64,000 nt of DNA. Source: Podarcis liolepis. Its lineage: Eukaryota. Numbering within the stretch: position 1 is the stretch's first letter; each line of letters begins with the position of its first letter. The notes below the pieces were generated by a model. That model ran no database searches and had not been told where the DNA came from. It worked only from the letters and a program-made list of their open reading frames with translations. The position numbers and the translations under genes were made by a program. Below are positions 25,528 through 39,400 of this stretch, piece after piece. The stretch lies in the NCBI GenBank assembly GCA_965112155.1, contig OZ218107.1; one strand, written 5' to 3'.

Positions 25528-26334
25528 GAATTTTATGTGCTGTTTGTGCAAACTTTTCCTTTTAATTTTTCATTGTTTGCCTTCTGAATACCTGAATATA
25601 TCAAGAAATCAGATTTACTTATTTACGGAAACTCCAAATTCTTTGCTGATAGACAACAGATTTATAGTCCACCACTGTATGTACACAGAGCAGCACAAAC
25701 TATCGGGACATGCCCATTTTCAGTTTATTGTGCTAAGGACAAACTTTTCAAAATAAACTCTCAACACAATATAACATTAAGAAGTGGCAGGCAGTCCTAT
25801 GTAGGTTTACGTCCCACTAAATTTACAGACTGAATTCATCAATGCTTTGTTTTTGAGTGGCCACTTCTGCACTCTTCCCCACCTTGGGAAGTAAATGGTG
25901 TTTTGCAAAAAGAAAAAGAAAATATCAGTTACAGGAAAGCAGCCCCCTCTCCACTTGTAGAGATAATCCCCACATATGAATATGTTCTAAAAATTTAAAG
26001 GTCTTTCTTGTATGCATTGAATATAGCACATGGATCAACAGTTGGTTCCCTAGCTGGTTCCTCTCACCAATCTTAAGATGTCCAACCAGTCTGTGATACT
26101 TAAGCTGTCTTGCCGTTTGTGTGACAAAACTTTCATCAGGCAAGAGTGCCAACTACTCGTTTTCCATATAAAATATCTGTTACCATCAGATGATATCTAT
26201 GTAGTGAGAGAGAAATAGGACAATAAATTACATTTATTTAACAGCATCAAGCTTGGGAAATGGTAAGAAAATTGGAGGTAGATGTCACTACTACCTGATG
26301 GAATAAAGTATCAGGAACTCCGTATAGACCAGTT

Positions 26335-26340
26335 TTTATT
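26335..26340 (-). terminator. Candidate distal poly(A) signal of ANKRD26 (a proximal alternative AATAAA is at 27254-27259)
   Basis: AATAAA on the minus strand preceded by U-rich and UGUA elements, about 1 kb past the stop. Confidence 0.5.
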
Positions 26341-26415
26341 CAATTAAAAACTTCAGTGCATTTTATGTACCATTTAAAAATACAAATAACAAGTCTGTTG
26401 GCACTTCTGTCAGTA

Positions 26416-26655
26416 CAGTGGTACCTCGGGTTACATACGCTTCAGGTTAAATACGCTTCAGGTTACAGACTCTGCTAACCCAGAAATAGTGCTTCAGGTT
26501 AAGAACTTTGCTTCAGGATGAGAACAGAAATCGTGCTCTGGTGGCGGCAGCAGCAGGAGGCCCCATTAGCTAAAGTGGTGCTTCAGGTTAAGAACAGTTT
26601 AAGGTTAAGTACGGACCTCTGGAACGAATTAAGTACTTAACCCGAGGTACCACTG
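26416..26655. mobile_element. Tigger-like MITE (in putative ANKRD26 3' UTR)
   Basis: TIR cagtggtacctcgggtta/taacccgaggtaccactg. Confidence 0.9.
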
Positions 26656-26687
26656 TTTAGCATTTAAATACTGCAGTAAAGCCACTA

Positions 26688-26833
26688 CAGTCATACCTTG
26701 GGTTACAGACGCTCCAGGTTGCGTTTTTTCGGGTTATGGACGCGCCCGCAGACACGGCGCTGTGGGTTGCGAATGCTGCGGGTTGCGAACGTGCCTCCTG
26801 AATGGATCACGTTTGCAACCCGAGCGTCCACTG
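26688..26833. mobile_element. Short Tigger-like MITE (different family)
   Basis: TA-cagt...actg-TA, with internal gggttgcgaa repeats. Confidence 0.7.
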
Positions 26834-27304
26834 TATTGTTGAATCTCTTATGGCAGTCCTAAGCTGTGCAAAATCACTAGTGACAAAAGTAGTAAATGTA
26901 CAGACTGCAGGAAAAGGTACACAGGAAATGTTTCAGACCAGCATTTTAACTGTTACCCAACGACAGACAAATCCTGCACAACATTTCAAGTAGCAAATTA
27001 CGCTAAACGTGTCAAGAAATACTTTGGTTTTAAATATACAGGACAAGGGGACATGGACAGTTCTGTAAAACATCTCTAGGCTAGTGTGTGTTTTTGCTAA
27101 TAATAATAATAATAATAACAATACAGCTTTCATAACAAATGAAAGAAGGAAGCATATGGCTGTACAGCTATACAACATTTTTCCAGACAAGTGCAAAATG
27201 CCTGAAATATTTATAATTTATAATATACTTCAAACTACAAAAATTACATTTTGTTTATTTAATATTATAAAGCATCTTCATTCTACAAGCTCATCAGAAT
27301 TTAC

Positions 27305-27438
27305 TCAAATCATATAGTTTTTCTTTAAAACATCGAGATACTCCTTTCTGGCCTTGGACACGTCATCTTGTTTTGATGATTCATCAATTGATCCTATAGG
27401 GGAGACTCTAACAGGTCCGGTATCAAGTTCAACTGTAG
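27305..27438 (-). CDS. ANKRD26: ANKRD26 terminal coding exon U (ATVELDTG...YLDVLKKNYMI*)
   Basis: tttttcag|CT; TGA stop at 27307-27305. Confidence 0.92.
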
Positions 27439-30400
27439 CTGAAAAACAAGAAAGGCTTATGGTTTCCTACTAATTTCAAAAACGGCATTAATCTATCATT
27501 AGGGTGGCTAAAAAATAATAATTCAGTGGATGACTGTTTCTCAGAACAAATGCTGAAACTATTGGAAAACAGTGCTTATTTTGCTACTGAACAATGAAAT
27601 GCAGGTATGATATGATCTTGCTCCACTTAGATTGCTACTATATGTTAGCTTCAAAGAAAATGTCATATTGGAGCCTTAAGTGCAAATTGCAGTGTGATCA
27701 GACAACCATAGATCAGACAATTCAGTGATGTAATTTTTCTGGAGGATTTAAAATCTAATAGTTTTCTGCACTGTAAATAGACAAGTCTGATTTTGCGTGT
27801 TCATCTGTATTTAGTACAAAAGAAGTATATGCATGTTAATTTTACAAGCATCACAAACATTTTTTTCAAACACCCCAAAATAGTTGAAATGAAATATTGT
27901 ATGCGGAAAAAAGGAAGATTAAAAGTGCACTGGCTCTGATTTAAATGTTACACTGAAACCAATTCAAGACTTTACCTTGAAATTATTTTTACTGGAATAC
28001 TTGGAAATATTTCAAAGCATGTAATGTTGGGTGTTTTTGTTTTTTTTAAAGTAACTGAAAATAGTTATTAGTTTTAGTATGCCTGAAATCTGTGAGGCTT
28101 AGTCCCATGCAAGTAGTGTTAGGACTGAAACAAATGGAAAGTTTTCTGGACCACTTCACTAAAAGCTAAAGTAAAGGGACCCCTGACCATTAGGTCCAGT
28201 CGTGACAGACTCTGGGGATGCGGTGCTCATCTTGCTTTGTTGGCTGAGGGAGCCGGCGCACAGCTTCTGGGTCATGTGGCCAGCATGACTAAGCCACTTC
28301 TGGTGACCCAGAGCAGCGCACGGAAACCTATTTCCATGGTACCCATTTATCTACTTGCACTCTGACGCGCTTTCAAACTGCTAGGTTGGCAGGAGCTGGG
28401 ACCGAGCAACGGGAGCTCACTCTGTCACGGGGATTCGAACCACTGACCTTCTGATCAGCAAGTCCTAGGCTCTGTGGTTTAACCCACAGCGCCACCCGCG
28501 TCCCTCCACTTCACTAAAGCTATCACAAAATTTGCTCAGTAGTGTGACAGTGTGTTGCTACAAGACTGAACCTGAACTTGTATTACTAGATACTGAAGGC
28601 TCATCCACATAGCAGTGGATCTGAACCTGCTTTGTCTTCTACCCCCTCTCTTTTTTTGCAGTGTCCACATGACATCCTCTTATTCCAAGTAGCAACATGT
28701 ATGTTCCCCCAGATCTTCCCAATCTGCAGATAATCCAATAAAGGAAGGGGGGGGGGAGATCATGTTATCCAAGTGCAGTTGCAATGAAGCTCATTGTATG
28801 GGAGGGATTCTTTTCATGTGCGCTGACATTTTGCTGGGTGCTTATCACCAAACCCAACTTCCATTCTGCTTCCATCAGCACAAAGGAAAGGATGCAGCCT
28901 GCCCTTTCCCACTGGTTGTCAGTACCGGCATGTTTGCGGCATTTTTATTTTCAAAACACCTCTTTTGTACAGAAATGCTCTTGTGCAAAACAGCTATAAC
29001 AGTAACATTTGCCCTTGCAGCTACAGGGGACGGGAAATGAAAAGGGGATAAAAGGAAGTGGCAGCTTTTCACAGGAGTGACTTCAAATCCTTGTCTGGCT
29101 AGAAGCAACACAAAGGTTTAAAAAATTACTGACTGCTCTTTTGTGCAAACCTGGTATATTGGGGGGGGGGATGTCATTTTTTAAAAAATGTATACATGCA
29201 CAGCTAAACAAATGTTTGCACTTATGTCCACAACAGACCTCAAAAACATATGGTAGGTTGGGAATTGCATTACATGAGCTATAGTTTCCAATCCAAGGAG
29301 ACAGCTTTAACCTTCCAGATCTGCTATTATACCACAGAGATCTTTGTTTTGCAGTGTAGAAGAAGAAGAAGAGTTTGGATTTGATATCCCGCCTTTCACT
29401 CCCCTTCAGGAGTCTCAAAGCGGCCAACATTCTCCTTTCCCTTCCTCCCCCACAACAAACACTCTGTGAGGTGAGTGGGGTTGAGAGACTTCAGAGAAGT
29501 GTGACCAGCCCAAGGTCACCCAGCAGCTGCATGTGGAGGAGCGGAGACGCAAACCCGGTTCCCCAGATTACAAGACTACCGCTCTTAACCACTACACCAC
29601 ACTGGCTCTCATGAATAGCAGCCAGAAACCTCGTAACAAGCTGATCTAGCAACTTAATTCTGATACTAGGATATCCCTTTCAGGTTCGCTCTCAGATCCG
29701 ATCCATGCTAAACAGGGTATCCATTAGGGATGCTTATTAGCACCAACATCGTTTAACATTTACTCATGATTTGAGTAACAATGATAATTATGTACCCCCT
29801 TATACAGTGGTACCTTGGGTTACATACGCTTCAGGTTACATACGCTTCAGGTTACAGACTCCGCTAACCCAGAAATAGTATCTCGGGTTAAGAACTTTGC
29901 TTTAGGATGAGAACAGAAATTGTGCGGTGGCACGGCAGCAGCGGGAGGCCCCATTAGCTAAAGTGGTGTTTCAGGTTAAGAACAGTTTCAGGTTAAGAAC
30001 GGACCTCCAGAACAAATTAAGTACTTAACCTGAGGTACCACTGTACTGGGAACCAAGAAAGTTACAGTACTTATGTATGCTAATTTCCCAATTTTATTGT
30101 CTCAGGCACAAGAAGAGTTAATAAATCTTTTAATCAACTGGCAGTGCAAGAAAAACTAAAAGTTTTGGTTTTTGCCAATAGGTTTAAAAAACACAAGTGG
30201 CAAATTGATGGGCACCCCAATGAGTGGGCGAAATCCTTTAAATATATAGATTTATGCTTTTCTTCAACTGGAAGTTGGAATAAACACTTCTCATATGCAA
30301 ATACTGGTTATTAATGCAGTGAACTCTTTATCAAGGTTCTAATGGTGTAAGGGAGCTAGAGATATTCCCCCAGCCCTCAAAAATTATGAAGCCAAAGTCA

Positions 30401-33400
30401 CCTCACAAATCTGTTATGGCACACAAATATGGGGATCTCTTAAAAAAACTGAACCTGGAAATACCCCAAAATAAATATCCTTGTGTTACTTTTGAGCTCC
30501 CCAAAGCAACTGAGACTTCTGTTCTCCATTTGGAAGCTGGTCTTCGTTCAGTGAAGGTCGCATTGCATATCCATGCCCTTAGATATTGACCAGATTTTAA
30601 AAGGCGATAGGGCCCATTTTAGTACTTTCTGCATTCAGGCAGACATTGAATCTTAACAATAGAGCAATTCCATCTTGGAATCAGGAAATACTACAAGTTA
30701 TTGAAATGCATGGCTTCTCTTTGGACACTCTTGGTTTGTTAAGACTTTGAGATGGCATCATGCCACATGAAATCTCTTATTGTAAAACATATTTGTGCTG
30801 ATCACACTTCTGCCTGTCTGTCCAAATGTACCCCTTGGTATGTCAAATAAGAGAGTAGTTATGGTAAGTGTTCCTAGATTTTGCTCATTTTCCATTTATA
30901 GGGGCATCAGAAAATACAATGCAGCCAAGACAGAGCTAGTGTTTCATGCACCTGCCATTCATTACATTGGCATGCCCGACGTCTTGCGCATATTTTTAAA
31001 TAACAGCAGCATGGCTGTCCAGCAGTGGAAGAAGACCTCAAAGTAGCTAAATTTGAGACCCTGGTATATGTTTGGAATATTGCCATCGCCAAGAAATTTT
31101 ACACACCAGTTAAGGGTGATAAGAAGATTAGACTCTCTGGAATCTTTCTGTGTGGTATTGAAGTTTTATTACATTTGCTAACTGAGCAGATTTTTTACAT
31201 CCTCCAACACCTATGTATCTTCAAATATGGACCTTGGTATAAGATGCACAAAGTGGGGATAACATTCGGTCCTTCATAAAAATTTGATTGATCGTATAAA
31301 CCGGTAAGTCAATCTGCAGAAAGCAATAAGAAGAGACATGACTACATTGACCGTTAAAAGTAGCATAAAGTGCTAAGATTGATAAAATCTACTGCTAGAT
31401 CTATTCTACTTTGCATGTGTGTGGCTTGTGACTTTGTATTTGAATAAAATGTTGAATTTTTAAAAAAGCTCAATGGTGCCATGAAAGTAAAAAAAAAGGG
31501 AAAGGGAATCACTCCTCCTGGCACAGTTCTGCAGAGAGCTTTAGTAAAACAGTGAGGCATTTCATTGCTTTGCAAACACCTCCAACTTGAAGGGCCTGCC
31601 CCTTGCTCCCCACCCCCATCTCAGAGCCTAAGCACAGGGGAAACCATGGCTTTAAGTCTAAAGCAAAAAAGGAAACTCTAGTGCTCAGATAATCTACTTT
31701 AGTTGGGTTTGTGCTCCTCTTCTGAATTTAAGTAACAAAACAATGAGGTCTTAAAGGGAACAGAAGAACAGGGAAGCGATGAAAGAACAATAGCTGCAGC
31801 TGGATGATCAGTAACAAGGGAGTGAACAAAATGACGATGATCTAGATTAACCCTGTAGTCTGGAAGCAGCCAGGATTGATAAATGGCTGCACAACTTGGC
31901 AGACCAAGTTCAGATCCTACCTCACCACTGGATGTAGGCAGGGTCTTGGGCATGACCTTGAGTTGGATTCATACCAAGTAAGACTTCTGTTAGTTCCACA
32001 GATTTCAGAAGGGATCAGGTAGTTATGACTACCTTCTGTGGATTTCAAGGGACTAAATTCCTATTGGGGGGGACATTCATCTTTGTAGCTGCGGGTGACA
32101 TCCAATAATGTCTACCTGCTAGCACAGTGGAAATCTGTCCAATGGGGCTTTCCCTCCCCCCTCCACATGCACCCACAAAATCTGCACAGAAGAGTCCTCC
32201 TATGCTCCTGAGAAGATGCTGGGAGCATTGGGTGCTGCTGGGGGAGCAGAGGAAGTGGAAGTTTTATTACTGGCACAATGTTGGAACTCCCCAGTGATTC
32301 TACTTTTGTCCCCATCTTGCTCCTTGCTGAGTTCTATAAGGACAACACTGAGACTAAGGGGGAAGAATCTGGTGGACAGTTCTGTCCTTGGACTGGTTGT
32401 AAGTAAGAAGGGAAGCAGGTGGGGGCTAGCTGAGGGCCAACGGAGGTTAGGAGGGCAGTGCTCTGCTTCCCCACTGTTGGAACTTACTGGTTAGCAACAA
32501 ATTTCTTTCATTTCACAAATCCATTTTGAAGCAGTTTTCCAAGAAAAAGTGAGATTCTTTAATGTTAGAACACTCTTACTGAATTAAAAACAAAACCAAG
32601 CATATAATCATTTAGCCCTAGATTGTATACAAAAAGGTAAAGGGACCCCTGACCATTAGGTCCAGTCGTGGCCGACTCTGGGGTTGTGGCGCTCATCTCA
32701 CTTTATTGGCCGAGGGAGCCGGCGTACAGCTTCCGGGTCATGTGGCCAGCATGACTAAGCCGCTTCTGGCAAACCAGAGCAGCGCACAGAAACGCAGTTT
32801 ACCTTCCCGCTGGTACCTATTTATCTACTTGCGGGGATTCGAACCGCCAACCTTCTGATCGGCAAGTCCTAGGCTCTGTGGTTTAACCCACAGCGCCACT
32901 GTATACTTCTTAGTTATTTGTATAGTCCTTTACACCGTTATGGTGTTCATCCATACAATAAGCCCATGGCATACCTTAATATGGTTGTTAGTCTCTTATG
33001 GAAAAGAAAGCAAGGCTATTATTATTACATTAAATGAACACTTTGTATTGAGCATTTGCTTAAATATATTGATCTGTGAAAATCCTTCATTTAAAAAAAT
33101 GGTGCAAGCCAACGTGAATGGATACTTTGATTTAAGCTAGGTTTTCAATCACATTGTTTAAACTGTACATATAGAGTCACAGAATTGTAGTTGGAAGAGA
33201 CCATGAGGGTCATCTAGTCCAACCCCCTACAATGCAAGAAACTTTTGCCTAACATGCAGATTGAACCCACAACTCTGAGGTTCAGTCTCTCATACTCCAC
33301 CAAGAAAGCTATCTATGACTATGTATAAAACCATGTGTGGCTTTATTACTGAAGACAAACAAACTCATCAATGGAGAACTGGCAATACATGTCATGAAAA

Positions 33401-36400
33401 AAATAGTGAAAGCCCAGCCTTCTTGCACTTTATGCCACTAAAGCATTGCTGCTCATTAGAGGATCAGTACACCAATTCAGCTACTGAGAATCTTTGGTAA
33501 AAGAAAATTATAATGCACATTCTGAAACAGTCGTGATAAAGCCCAAAGGCAACTATCATGTACAATTTATACCAATTAAAATGTTCATGAAAAGAATCGT
33601 TCAGTGAGGTTTTATTATTTATTTATCTAATTTGGAAACTGCAAAAATAAAACAGTGTTTTGGCATATCACCTCTGAATACTATTACTGGTATCAGTTTG
33701 TAATGAATATTTCACAGCAGGATGAGTTTTTAAATTGCTAGCATGCTGTTTTGTTAACATACCTTGTTCTAGTTCCTTGGCGATAGTTTTTTCTAGTTCT
33801 GTCCGCATCTGAAATTACATTATGTGATATTTTAGTAGCTATAAAATTATAGATGCAAATGTACATTATTCATTATGAAATGTCAACATCAGAGCAACTT
33901 TCATGTTGGGTCAAATATTCCATCTCTTATTTTGATACCAATTTTCAGCTCCCTGTTTTCAGGTAGCCTCAATCAAATTATAGACAATTAACTTTTTATT
34001 TAAAAAACTTGGACTATTTGATAAAATGAGCAACTGAAGAGGTAATGTAACATCAGAAGTCAAGGATAGTTTGAAAGTGTGGATCATAAATATAAGATAC
34101 TACCACAGTATATGCCAAGAAAAAAAGAGGAAGAAATGAGGTTTTTTGTTTTTTAAAAAAGATTTTAAAAAAATCTTTTCAGGGGAATTCTACATACAGC
34201 ACATGTTCTAAGAAGCAGGTAATTTCAATCACTTTCAACATCCTTGGGTGAAAGTGGCAAAGGTAATTAAATTATTCTTTTTCTGATTAGTTACTTAAGC
34301 AAACTGAGTAAATTAAGAGCAATCACCCACAATCCCATGTCAAGGTTTTTAATGTAGGAAGACAGTACTCATTGTAGTTCACATGTTCTTTGAATTGTTC
34401 AGAGACTCACAGTGCAATCCTATGCATGTTTACTCAGAAGTAAGCCCTGCTATGTTTGATGGGTTTTACTTCCAGAATATTCGCATAGGATTAAATGTCT
34501 AAACTGGAGATCAGATCTACATGCTGTGTAGATGCCTACCATCTTCCCTACTTATTAGTACCCATTATATTAGATGGAATCTCCATTTTCAGGTGAATGC
34601 AAGGAAGTGTTGGTAAAACAAGGGCATTTCTAACTGAGAAGCCAAATCAGGAACTAATTGAGGCATATATGACTAAGGCTACAGTTTTCATTAATTATTT
34701 CTATTTTTCTTTTTCTTTGTTCTAAAAGGTAATGGAATAAGTATAATGTATTGAAATTATGCTATACATATTTTGGGGAAAAAATATAAATATTAAAAAC
34801 CATCTGAGAAGTTTAAATATGTAGTGTAGCAGCAAATGCTTAGCTTCTTTTTAGCTAGTCTACTGCATAATTTTACATAATTTTAAACTAAAATGTCACT
34901 GAATTTTGTGCAGTACAAGGAATCACATGGCACTGAGCAATGCGGAGTACACACCTTGTTAAGTGTCTGGCTGTAGAGAAGAAAAGGAAGAAATAGACTT
35001 TTGATCAAGGAGCTGAAGAAGTAAAGAACAAGCCATAAGTGTATAGGTCTTGAAGGCAGAAAGGAAAATGACCAATTTGTAAGTGTGAGAAAAAGGGAAA
35101 CTTTTACAATGAAAAAATTCTAATCTACTCTGGGGATGCAATCATATAGACTTACGGGGTAAGTCCCACTGAACTCAGTGTGCTTTACTTCTGAGTAAAC
35201 ATGCATAGCATCTGGCTGCAAGCCTGGAAACAGGGTTGGAGCCAGAGGAAATTAGGCATGTTTTAGTCTATTGAAAATCAATGACATGATACTCATGCCT
35301 AGCACTAAGGTGTGACTTCCTCTGGGTCCTGCCCTGAATTAGTAATTAGAAAGGCTGTGATCACAAATTCCCAGAGGAACAGCTATTCTGGCAAGGGTTT
35401 GTTCTGCATGCATTCTAGCCTTAACTGAATGGTCACTATTAGTACTTGTTGTATTGCATTTCTCACTGGGCTCCCTGCTTAGAATCCTTCTCCACCACCC
35501 ATATGTATATATACCTGCAACAACTGAGGATTATATTTAATGCACCTCATGAAATTGACTCTAGTCCACAAAACCTTACACCATAACAAAAACTGTTAGC
35601 ATTTAATAATAGCTGGTGCCCATTTGCACTGCTGGAATGGAAGACAGGGAAGGTAACAGCAGGAAAGGGTATACCATAGTCAATTCTAGTTCTCTCTAAG
35701 ACATGGCATTACAGTAAACATCTTTTTCAAATGCATATATTTTCAATTTTTTAATGTTTCCTTTTTTGCAGGGTTTTAGGCAGAGGTTCTCTCCATTTTA
35801 TGCATTTTTTCATAATTTCAATTTTACAATATCCTTGTGATGGAGGGATTAGAAACAAGCAAATGATTTTTGGGAGGAAGGAGAAAGAAGGCAAGGCTTA
35901 AAAGAAGGACAAAAGACATTACACTGAAAACAAGACTACGAAGGTGCTACTTAAGGTAGGCATTGCCATATTTTTCATTTTTCTCCCCCCCCCCCATGCC
36001 TTACAGCTTATCTTAGGGCTGGGGAACCTGTGACCCTTCAGATGTTATACTCCAAGTGTGTCAGCCCCGGCCCATGTGGACAATGGGCAGGAATGATGGG
36101 AATTGCGGTCCGGCAACAACTGAAGGGCCACAGCTTCTTTATCCCTGCTTTACTCTGATCAGTTTCAACTGGAGTCTGTTAAGACAGGAGCTTCCAAACT
36201 TTTCCCATTTGAAATTTGCTAAAGATCTTGGAAGACCACTTAAATATTTTTCTGCCTGTTGGAGCAAATTATACTGCGGTGTGCTAGAAGGTATATGAGT
36301 TTTAATTGTGTTTTAATTGTATTTTTACAGATATGCCACGGACTCCAGTTTGGGAACCCCTGATCTAGTATTAAATGCCAATGGCATCAGTGTAGATGAT

Positions 36401-39400
36401 ATTACCTCTAAGAGATGCTTTCTGTTGAACAAGAAGCATCATATTGCACCTACTTCTTGCCTTGGTAATGAACTAGGTGAGAGCCAACAAACTGAAGCTC
36501 GATCCAGGTAAGACAGAAGCACTGTTAATAGGTGGTTCCTTAGACCAGATGGCTGGGAGGTTTCCTGCTCTTGATGGAGTTACACTCCCTCTGAGGGGGA
36601 GGATATGTAGCTTGGGGGTTCACCTGGATCCTTTGCCGTCACTTGAGGCTGAGGTGGCCTCAGTGGCACAGAGTGCCTTTCATCAGCTTCAGCTGCTGGC
36701 CCAGCTGAGCTATCTGAACAGAAATAGCCTAACTTCTGTTGTCTATGCTCTGGTAACCTCTAGGTTAGATTACCGCAATGCATTATATGTGGGGCAAAAC
36801 TTAATGGCCAGATTGCTCAGCAGAAAAAGACAGTTTGAGCATAACACCAATCCTGGCCTGACTGCACCAGTTGTCCATCAGCTTCTGGGCCCTACAGAAA
36901 GTGCTGGATTTGACCTATAAAGCCTTAAGTAGCTGAGGACTGAAAAACCTCAAGGACCACCTTGAACTGATCTCCACTCTACAGTCAGCATTTTATTTCT
37001 TGTCTTGCTAGTATCAGGAAAAGAACTAAAGAATGCCAATGTCTTTGTTTTAAATAGTGTTTGTTAAACAGAAATAACTGTTCATGTGAACATGATCTAA
37101 AGCTACAGCCTTACAGAAATGATAGCTTAAGAATGACATTCATGGTTACTCACCTTTGCTAGGTAAGCTTCCACTCTCATTTTTGAGGATGCTGTACTTC
37201 CCGTTGGGTTCATGAATGCACCTCCAAAGCCGGGAGATCTGCTTAATGCTAAGTTGCTGCCAAGACTCCCCACCTGAACTGTTTCCAAGACAGGACTTGA
37301 AGAATAGCTGCCACTCATAAAGCTGTTGGCAAGTAAAGACTTGCTTTTGTGGCGCTCATGTAAGAGCTTGGTGCTGGCTTCTGTTAATTTCTCATTAGCT
37401 CTGTGGAAATTTCAGATGCAAGTGAGAAGTTAAGCAACAGTTTGTCTTAAAAGAGTGGAAACATTTAACATTTGTAGCAGTGGGGTTCTAGATAAAGTGT
37501 TGTTTCCAGCCCATAACAGGAATGCTCCTGTTCAGGGCTAAAGCTAGCCTGGAAAAGGGCCCTTGTACTGCTATTCCAAAGGGACGTGGGTGGCGCTGTG
37601 GGTAAAAGCCTCAGCGCCTAGGACTTGCCGACTGCATGGTCGGCAGTTCGAATCCCTACGGCGGGGTGTGCTCCTGTCATTCGGTCCCAGCGCCTGCCAA
37701 CCTAGCAGTTCGAAAGCACCCCCGGGTGCAAGGAGATAAATAGGTACCGGTTTATAGCAGGAAGGTAAACGGCGTTCCGTGTGCTGCGCTGGCTCGCCAG
37801 ATGCAGCTTGTCACGCTGTCTGCGGACAGCGCTGGCTCCCGGCCTATAGAGTGAGATGAGCGCACAACCCTAGAGTCTGGCAAGACTGGCCCGTACGGGC
37901 AGGGGTACCTTTACCTTTACCTTTTTACTGCTATTCCAGATTCATGGGGCTAGTCAGTAGGGACACTCAGGAAAAAGTGCCACCCCTTTCTTCTCCATCC
38001 TGAAACTGTTCTCCACTGTGCTGGGTAGACTAAGGGCTGGGTACATGCCTGGCTGTCAGCCCCAAACATGATTGTGGGGAGGGGTGGTTTCTGAAGAAAA
38101 GGAAAGAGATGCCCCTTTTCTCCTCATTTAAAACCTCTCTATATAGCAAAGGGAGGATATTTCCTCCCATCACCTGCTAATGATAGGCCATCATGAACAA
38201 TTGCATCCTTTTATGGGGGTGGGAAGGTTAATAAACATGCTTAGTTTTTAGGGTCACCCATTATTTTCTTTTAAATCTACAAATACATACTTGTTTTGCT
38301 AAACTGGGCAAATTCTCAAGTAAGCAGAAATCATTACCTTCTCTGGTTCTGTTTTCCTGCCCAGCTAATAAGCATGGGTCAATCAAGTGTGGTATTACAA
38401 TGAATAAGCTGTGGCCCTTCCGGAAATAGCGGCTGGACTTGAACAGTTAGAAATATATTCTATAGTTCATCTCAGACCTGAGTACAGTGGTACCTCGGGT
38501 TAAGTACTTAATTCGTTCCGGAGGTCCGTTCTTAACCTGAAACTGTTCTTAACCTGAAGCACTACTTTAGCTAGTGGGGTCTCCTGCTGCTGGTGCGCTG
38601 CTGGAGCACAATTTCTGTTCTCATCCTGAAGCAAAGTTCTTAACCCGAGATGCTAGTTCTGGGTTAGCGGAGTCTGTAACCTGAAGCATATGTAACCCGA
38701 GGTACCACTGTACTACTGTGTAGGTTAGCTGGATGTACTTACTTATCTTTTTCTCTCTGCTGTATATGGGAGAGGATTTTGGGAGAGAGGTTGGTTCTGT
38801 CCCTTCATTTTAGTTCTTGAAAGGGAAATTCTATTAGGCTAAGAGAAAGCATTTTCTTTCCCATCCTAATGTATCCTTCTCCCTAAAGTTTCCCTGGCAC
38901 AAGCCACAAGGAAGAGAATTGTCAGAAGACTTCTGAATTACCGATCCAATTTACTTCCCAAAGACTTTCTCATTTTTCGTTCTTCTGAGTACAGTGCTTT
39001 ATATCTTTCCAATTCTGAATGCACTGATTCTCTTTGTAAGTTGTTGTCTTGCGGTCTGTTTCTCAGTATAGCCAGCTCACATTCTAGATCTTTTATTCTG
39101 TTCTCCAGCTGATTTCTCAAGGAAGCATAATTAGTAGCTCTCATCTGCTCCATTGTTTCTTGTGAAGCAGCCTGCGTCTGGGACACAAAGTGTCATAGTA
39201 TTAATTTAGAAGATTTATATTGAGATAGCTGTCTTCATAACACCCATATTTTAAAGAAACCCAAAAGACAGACAAGAAGGATTAACAAGAGTGCTTACTG
39301 GCTGCCACATCACCTAGGTTCAGATATTTGATAAAAAGATTTAGCAAGTTATGTTGTCTATGAAATTACAACAAATGGTTGATACATTTACCTGCAAAAA

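Noticed and set aside
1-26300. Many 60-200 aa ORFs in the six-frame track
   Set aside because: They are antisense or off-frame reads of Bov-B, RTE, L2, SINE and MITE sequence, or random ORFs. No spliceable exon chain or recognisable domain was found.
35480-35610. Penelope-like terminal repeat with a hammerhead-like ctcatga...gactctagtc...caaaa motif (similar Penelope-like remnant near 17870-17960)
   Set aside because: The catalytic core (CUGANGA...GAAA) is mutated, so it is at most a dead remnant.
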